Assembly: GCF_031769215.1 (NCBI RefSeq)
Contig: NW_026782326.1
Span: 843,432 to 876,098, forward strand
Length of the DNA stretch: 32,667 nucleotides
Source: Ylistrum balloti
Lineage: Eukaryota
Direction: 5' to 3'
Every line of letters starts with the position of its first letter. Positions within the stretch are counted from its first letter, which is position 1. The notes under the pieces were generated by a model. It ran no database searches and had not been told where the DNA came from. It was given only the letters and a program-made list of their open reading frames with translations. Positions 32,645 to 32,667 of this stretch are shown here, piece after piece. A program made the translations under genes and the position numbers.

Positions 32645-32667
32645 TACAAGATATACAAAACATCCCG

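Noticed and set aside
1-32667. Telomeric repeats, rRNA/tRNA/snRNA genes, LTRs or TIR-bounded DNA transposons
   Set aside because: No TTAGGG-type arrays. No recognisable structured RNA gene signatures found by eye. No long terminal direct repeats. The only inverted repeats are the small palindromes at 32572-32644 and the satellite-scale inversion.

Overview
This window looks like eukaryotic (metazoan-type) satellite-rich, heterochromatin-like DNA. I see no prokaryotic gene organisation and no bona fide cellular protein-coding gene. Reading 5' to 3', the layout is as follows. (1) About 2.6 kb of AT-rich unique sequence containing a C20-A17 homopolymer tract and a two-copy 39-bp direct repeat. 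(2) Satellite 1, a roughly 3 kb array of a 39-bp unit in about 77 copies; because 39 is 13 codons, it produces long spurious ORFs. (3) A 0.6 kb AT-rich spacer. (4) Satellite 2, about 11 copies of a 38-bp unit. (5) Satellite 3, an approximately 35-bp unit (TCTGTCGTCTTGATGTCCCTTTTGTTCGCTTTTTT with a variable poly-T), present in three blocks: + orientation at 6660-7321, inverted orientation at 8170-11606, and + orientation at 15176-31971 (about 16.8 kb). The long + block shows higher-order repeat markers roughly every 1.4-1.5 kb. (6) An 848-bp unique island at 7322-8169 sits between the first two Satellite 3 blocks. (7) A 5'-truncated non-LTR retrotransposon (LINE) lies on the minus strand at 11633-15175. 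Its ORF2 is nearly intact, with AP-endonuclease, reverse transcriptase and C-terminal CCHC domains, and has only one frameshift and one in-frame TGA. It ends in a (TGTC)6 tail. (8) The last ~0.7 kb is AT-rich unique sequence ending in a cluster of nested palindromes. Every other ORF in the track is a periodicity artefact of the tandem repeats. The points most worth follow-up are the two orientation switches of Satellite 3 (consistent with one ~7.85 kb inversion spanning the unique island and the LINE, or with misassembly), the young-looking LINE embedded in the satellite, and the higher-order repeat structure of the 16.8 kb array.
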